Source of the DNA: Chrysomallon squamiferum
Taxonomy: Eukaryota > Animalia > Mollusca
Length of the DNA: 64,000 bases
Assembly: GCA_012295275.1 (NCBI GenBank)
Contig: CM022675.1
Location: forward strand, 3,286,001-3,350,000
Reading direction: 5' to 3'
Made by a program: the position numbers and the translations under genes. Numbering within the stretch: position 1 is the stretch's first letter; each line of letters starts with the position of its first letter. Of this stretch, positions 57,863 through 64,000 are shown piece after piece. Under the pieces are notes generated by a model that saw nothing but the letters and a program-made list of their open reading frames with translations, had not been told where the DNA came from and ran no database searches.

Positions 57863-60800
57863 AATAAAACACGTTCTTGTACTTGATGGTTTTCCCGATC
57901 ACTTTACTGATTGTAATAAAAAAAAATACGACAAAACGACAAATAATTTCTGTATAAATTTTATTAACATGTGCAAGGTTCATTAGACCATATTTATTTA
58001 TTTATTTATTTATTTATTTGTCTGGCGTCTAAATACAATACATAGCCACTCTACATCGAAAACAACTCTCCATTTTAAAAACTAACAAGTAAACAGCGTT
58101 AAACAAAATAACACGTCAAGAAACTCTAATCAATGGGGAGGTAACTGTATCGTTTTTACGCTACACTCAACAAACAGGAAAAACAAAATCGAAGAAACGA
58201 ATTCTTTTTTCTTACCAGTTTGAAAATTTGAAAATGTATGATAGATTTAATAATAATAATAAAGAGTATACATTTCTTAATAATTTTGGAGCAATATCTG
58301 GATATAATTAATACAATTTAATATGCTGAATAAAAGGCTTTCAATTAAAAAAGAAAAGAAAAAAAAAAGATTATATACACGGAAGAAATATATACTGACA
58401 GATTAAAATTATATATATATTTATAAAGGAATTTATATTTATTTATTTTACTATTATTGGCAACAAAATACTATTATAATCCTATTATAATTGTAATTAT
58501 AATATTTACAATAATAATGAGAATGGTAATCAAAAACGTAATTATAATAATAATAGTTGTAGGTTGTAGTAGTAATAAACAAAATAACTGCAGTAGCTAC
58601 ATTAGCGCACATGGTGCAGTAGTAATCAAATGAAATAATAAATTTCATCCATTGTTTTTAAAAATCTCCATGGTGACAAATTAATTACTTTAATCTGTAT
58701 AATTAATTACAAAGTGGTAAGAAATCTTAAAATAAAGAGTTTTATCTTATAGAAACTAAACTGATACTAAGAGCTGCATAGTGTGGTAGAATGATACTAC
58801 AGTAAGAATATAAAACTAGTGATATGCATTACATATACCATAGATAAAGAATAGAAAATACAACACAAAACAAAAAATACAGATAACATATAAAAGTGGA
58901 GAATACACACAAATGTAAATTTAAAAAAAATCACACAAGAAAAAGGAAAGGAAAAAACAAGAATTGTAGTGAAGATATCTAAATAAAAATATACACAAAT
59001 TTTTTTAATTTCTGAAATTAACTGCTGTTCAACTGAAATTTTTATTTTTATTATTTTTTAATTTTTAATTTCTTATTAGAAAAATTAAATAAATAGCAAA
59101 ATCTTTTGCCTCAAAATCGAACAATACTAGCTCATTGTATTAGCAGTTTTATTTTTAAATTACAAAATACAAAACAGTATAAAAAAAAATAGAACACACT
59201 AAATAATTATTCGTTGATATGTTTACGTTGTGTTTGTTTTTCATTTCTTGGGACATTTTAAATAGTTCTGTGAATTATTTTTAATCTGCCACACTGCAAT
59301 GACAAAACCACCTCAACAAAATCAACAGTAAACATAGTTTTGACGCAGTTTGTGCCTGGTACAATTTAATTAACTTCCAGTCAGGTTACCAGATTATTTT
59401 ATAAAAACGTCCCAAAAATATTGTTGTTACATTCCAAATATCTTTTATTTTTTATTTTGTTATTTTAATTTGTTATTTTTATTTATTTCTTTCTTTCTTT
59501 ATTTATTTTGTTAGTTAATTAGTTAGTTTTCACCTATGAACAGAAAACGTTATGATTATTTCTTACATGACAACATTTATTATTCAACAGAACAAAAATC
59601 ACAGATTACTACAGAAATATTTTTTTTTATTTTTATTTTCAGTTTGAAGTATTTATAAATAAAAAAAATAGAATGCTCAGGGTAAACAAGGAAAGTACAG
59701 ACTGATGAGATAATTTACATAACTATTATTTACAAAAATTTTAATAAACTTATTTTTTTTTTATACTATGAATAACAGGTTATAAGAAAACTTAACATAC
59801 ACGTTTTATTATTTTTATTTTTTTGCTTTTAAAAGAATTTTGATGAACTTTATTAAACAATAATGCAAACATGTTAACCATTAAAAAAAAAAAACACCCA
59901 AACATATATATGTATTCTTCTAAGAATTTTGAAAAACTTTATTAAAAGATAATGCAAATATTCCATTCAAAACATTTTAACCAATAATTTTAGGATTATA
60001 CTAAACTAAGTGTATGAAAACATCAACAAACTGAACCAAAATGTTTTTTAACATTTTTTTTTTTTTTTTTTTTTTTACGTGAACAATAACCCTCATTAAC
60101 AATTTAAAACAAATTTAACAATGGAAACTTAGTGTTTACATTTGCAAACATTTACAGTGAAATTTAATTTTTCCATCACCAAATTACACAATAGCTATCT
60201 TTACTAAATAAAAATAAAAAATAAAAAAAATTAAATGTACAGTGTCGCAATATATAGTTAATACGAAACTAAACTTTGTTATTTATGTACATGTACCTTA
60301 CGTATCTAGCATGATTTTTAATGACTCAAGTTACATATGATAATTTGCAAAGAAATAATCAGGATATTATGCATTTATGTACATAAAATTAATAATAATA
60401 ATAGTAGTAGTAGTAGTAGTAGTGGTAAGTAGTAGTAGTCATTAACAGTCGTATTAGTAGTAGTAATAGTGGTAGCAGTGGTAGTTGTTGTAGATTTAGT
60501 GATATGATAGTACCAGCAGTAGTGGTAGTAGTACTAGTAGAGGTAGTAATAGTAACAGTAGTGGTAGCAGTAGTAATAACAGTAGCAGTAGCAGTAACAA
60601 CAATGAATAAACCATTTTATTTCGTGTATGTTTGTGCATGTGTGTTTTTGTTCCTTTTTATAATTTTTCAAAGCTTTTAACACCTGAAGAAGAAAAATTC
60701 AAAAATAAAATCCAAATAATTCTATTAAAAATGCCATTTTCAATGCTGTTAAAATCTTCTGATAAAAAAAAAAAAATAATAATAATAAAAATAATTAAAA

Positions 60801-62207
60801 ATCAATGAAAATCTTTAATAATGTTAATTGGTCACTATTTTTGCCATTTTTAAGAAAACAAATTTGTATATACACAACAAAAAAATTACAAAAAAACAAT
60901 CCATAATTTATTTGTTTTATTTTTTTAATTTTGTTTTTCAATATCAAAGTGGCAATATATATGTAACAACATTATTATTTTCCAGTTTATAAAGTATACA
61001 AAATATTATTGCTGCATAGAAAGGGAAATAACTATAACAGTCAACAAGGGGAATAACTAACATCAAAGTGAGTAACTAATTTATTTATTTAATTATAATC
61101 TGGACAAAAGTAACAAATTCTCCCTGAACAGAGGAATCTAAATACACAATATATTTATAATTCATTTTAATTTATTTATACTACTCTGAAATTAAGTTTC
61201 TAAAGAAACAAAAATTAGTCTTGTTCATTCTGGTTTGATTAGAAAAATTAATTCAAAAATTTTTAAAGTCTGCTACAGCATTTATATATTTATTTTTTAA
61301 AAATTCTTCATCATATTTACTGTTATTATTGTTAGCTTTTATTTTTTATTATTTTGTAATTCCACATGGTTACAGAATTTTTTTAATAAAAAAAAACAGA
61401 AACAAATATAATAATAGTAGTAGTAGTAGTAGTAGTATTGCAGTAGTAGCAGTAATAGTTGTAATAACAGTAATAATAAAAATATGTAACATATTTTATC
61501 CCTCTGTTAGCCAATACATAAATGTATTGAAATGAGCAGCTATCTAAATGTATGGGACTTGATTTTATTTTGTTCACAACCCTAACCTTGTTTTAGTAAC
61601 AGAAAATACCATTTATTATTTACTGAATACAGTTAATCCCTAATCCAAGATAATCTCCTGTTTATCTTGGCAGACTTATCATATATAGGGATTATTTCTT
61701 ATGCTCAATCAGTGTTCATTTCTTAATATCTTCCAAATTAATCTTATAATACAGCTCCCAGTGACAGAATATGAATTAATGAATACTATCATGTTTTGTT
61801 CATAACTGGTTTATTTACTTATATATAGCTAAGAGAAAAACAAATGGCTGTTACTTTACATTCATGAAAACATTAAAAAAAAAAAAAAATAAGAAGTTAT
61901 TTATTTGTTTATTTTAAATCTAAATTTTATATATATATTTAGATATACTAATTAAACGAAATGAATCCTACCAAAGAAAGAAAGAGCTGAATATTTTGGC
62001 AATAAGTAAATGACACAAAGAGATTGTTTTGTTATTGTGATGTGTAATGTAAACTCAGGCAATGGTTTGAACAAATCACTGGATTATCTGAAAGAATTAA
62101 GAGATTATGTGATTTGTTAAAAGACTTTCTGTTGCTGAATGTGTAAGTAAGTATTTACCAATTACTGTTGGTTATGTTTTAGAAAAAAAATGTTCTTGTT
62201 TTAGTGA

Positions 62208-62245
<38 letters not shown>

Positions 62246-63265
62246 ATATATATATAAAGGAACATGATTTAAATCAAAAATAAGAAAACAAGCCAGAAAA
62301 GTAATTTGATATTAACAATTTTAATATTGACATCAAAAATAAAACTTATTATTATTATTAATTTTTTTCTAAAAAGCATGAAAGAAAGAAAATCCACAGG
62401 AAATAAAAGAAAAGAAAAAGAAAAAAAACCTGTACAACTGACTTCAACAATTTCCATAAAGATTTGAAAAAAAAAAACAATACAACAAACAAAACAACTG
62501 CTAAATTGATATGCTACATGTAAGTATGAAGGGGAAAACACCAATTGTTCTTTTTTTTTTTTTTTTTCAATATTTAAAAACAAAACCACTACATTAACTT
62601 CATTCTGTTTATATAATATAATAATCCAAGCAGCAATATCCTATCTTTTATACAAGTAAGCCAAACGCAAACCAACTAACAATTCAATGACAAAATGTGT
62701 ATGCAAATGAAATAGAAAAATACTGAAGCACAGAAGTATAAATGTTCCACAAAATTTACTTCATAATAATAAATAAACATTTAAACCAAACGCACAGTTT
62801 TATAACTTTTTTTTCTTTTTTTCTTTTTTTTTAATAAGCAAAAAAATTTACAGAACAAAACACGACAATACTTAAGTGAAAAATTCCTGAAGATTTTCAT
62901 GAGAAAATCAAATTTTATTAAAACCTGTGGACAAAAAAAAAAAAAAAAAAAAGAAAAAGAAATATAGAAAAGCCTGTTAGTTGAAATCAAAATCAAAATC
63001 AAAATATTCAGTTACAAACTGCTCATGCTTACTCATAATGAAAATGTGAGTACTCACATTATTACAAGAAAGATGGGGAAAGCACAAATTGTTTCATTAT
63101 TTATTTAAAAAATATATAAAAAAAAAAAACCCCAACATTATTAACATTATTAACAATTACAACAAGAAAAAGCCAACAATTTTTATTTTTAAAAATCTAA
63201 TACAATTCCCTAATTAGTGCAACTAGAATTCCAAGACTGAAATAATGATAATAATAATAATAATG

Positions 63266-63323
<58 letters not shown>

Positions 63324-64000
63324 TAATAATTTTTTAATCTGAAGAAAAATTAAGAACCCAAGCCTTCTGGTTTGATCATCACTTTAAATCTCTCTCTGTC
63401 TTTTTCATATGTTGACATTTAAAAATGTATTTGCTATTTTTGTTTCATTTTTTAATTTTTTTTTTTTTTTTTATTTTTCTGGCTAACATAATCCTGATAT
63501 ATAAAACAATTATTTCTTTAGCACTGTTTTATCATTATTCTAACCGCTGACATTAAAAATATTTTTTAAAAGAAAACTAACGACAAAACTCAACAAAGAA
63601 ATTAGAATAATTTAACTGTTTTTGTTTGTATTCATTCTGTTGTTAAGTTTTTATAGTACATTCAAAACAAATTAATACAGAGTAAATTTCTGTTAATAAT
63701 TTTAATTCAATTAAAAATAGAACAAGTAAGACATTCTGTTAAAAAAATATTTTTTTAGCAGTGTTTCACATAATTATTATCTTTTTTCTTTTCCATTTTT
63801 CTTTTCTTTTTTTTTTTTATTTATTTAAAAAAAAAATAAAAAAATAAAATATGTTATCTATATAAGAGTAAAACTACAATTTTACAGTTCCTGTTCTAAA
63901 TAAATAAATGTTGTTGAATAATTTAATATATATATATATATATAGACTTTCTTGTGTTTTCTTTATTTTTTCTTTTATCATTTTAAAATACAATTTGAAA

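Overview
This is eukaryotic (animal) genomic DNA: very AT-rich, dense in microsatellites, with short GC/CpG-rich coding exons flanked by GT-AG splice sites. The style resembles a mollusc, probably a coleoid cephalopod (inference from composition only). Almost all ORFs in the supplied track are microsatellite artefacts. By hand-splicing I reconstruct three genes. (1) A class A peptide-receptor-like GPCR of the FMRFamide-receptor/sex-peptide-receptor type, with an intronless CDS on the minus strand (7196-8356). (2) A 16-coding-exon plus-strand gene (39254-53132, about 1252 aa) mostly invisible in the ORF track. It encodes a type I membrane protein: signal peptide, WSC, Thr linker, EGF, Thr linker, WSC, Ser/Thr linker, EGF, EGF, TM, then an ~800 aa low-complexity cytoplasmic tail with seven tandem YxVP repeats and a poly-Glu/Lys end. 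(3) A 4-coding-exon plus-strand SPSB/Gustavus-type SPRY protein (55347-57470, about 233 aa) with an N-myristoylation motif and no SOCS box. Also present: a candidate minus-strand TATA/Inr promoter and first exon near 2.6-2.9 kb, a ~40-bp degenerate satellite, tRNA-derived SINE heads, local duplications and many CRE sites. All gene models rest on splice-site and reading-frame consistency; no database searches or transcript data were available.
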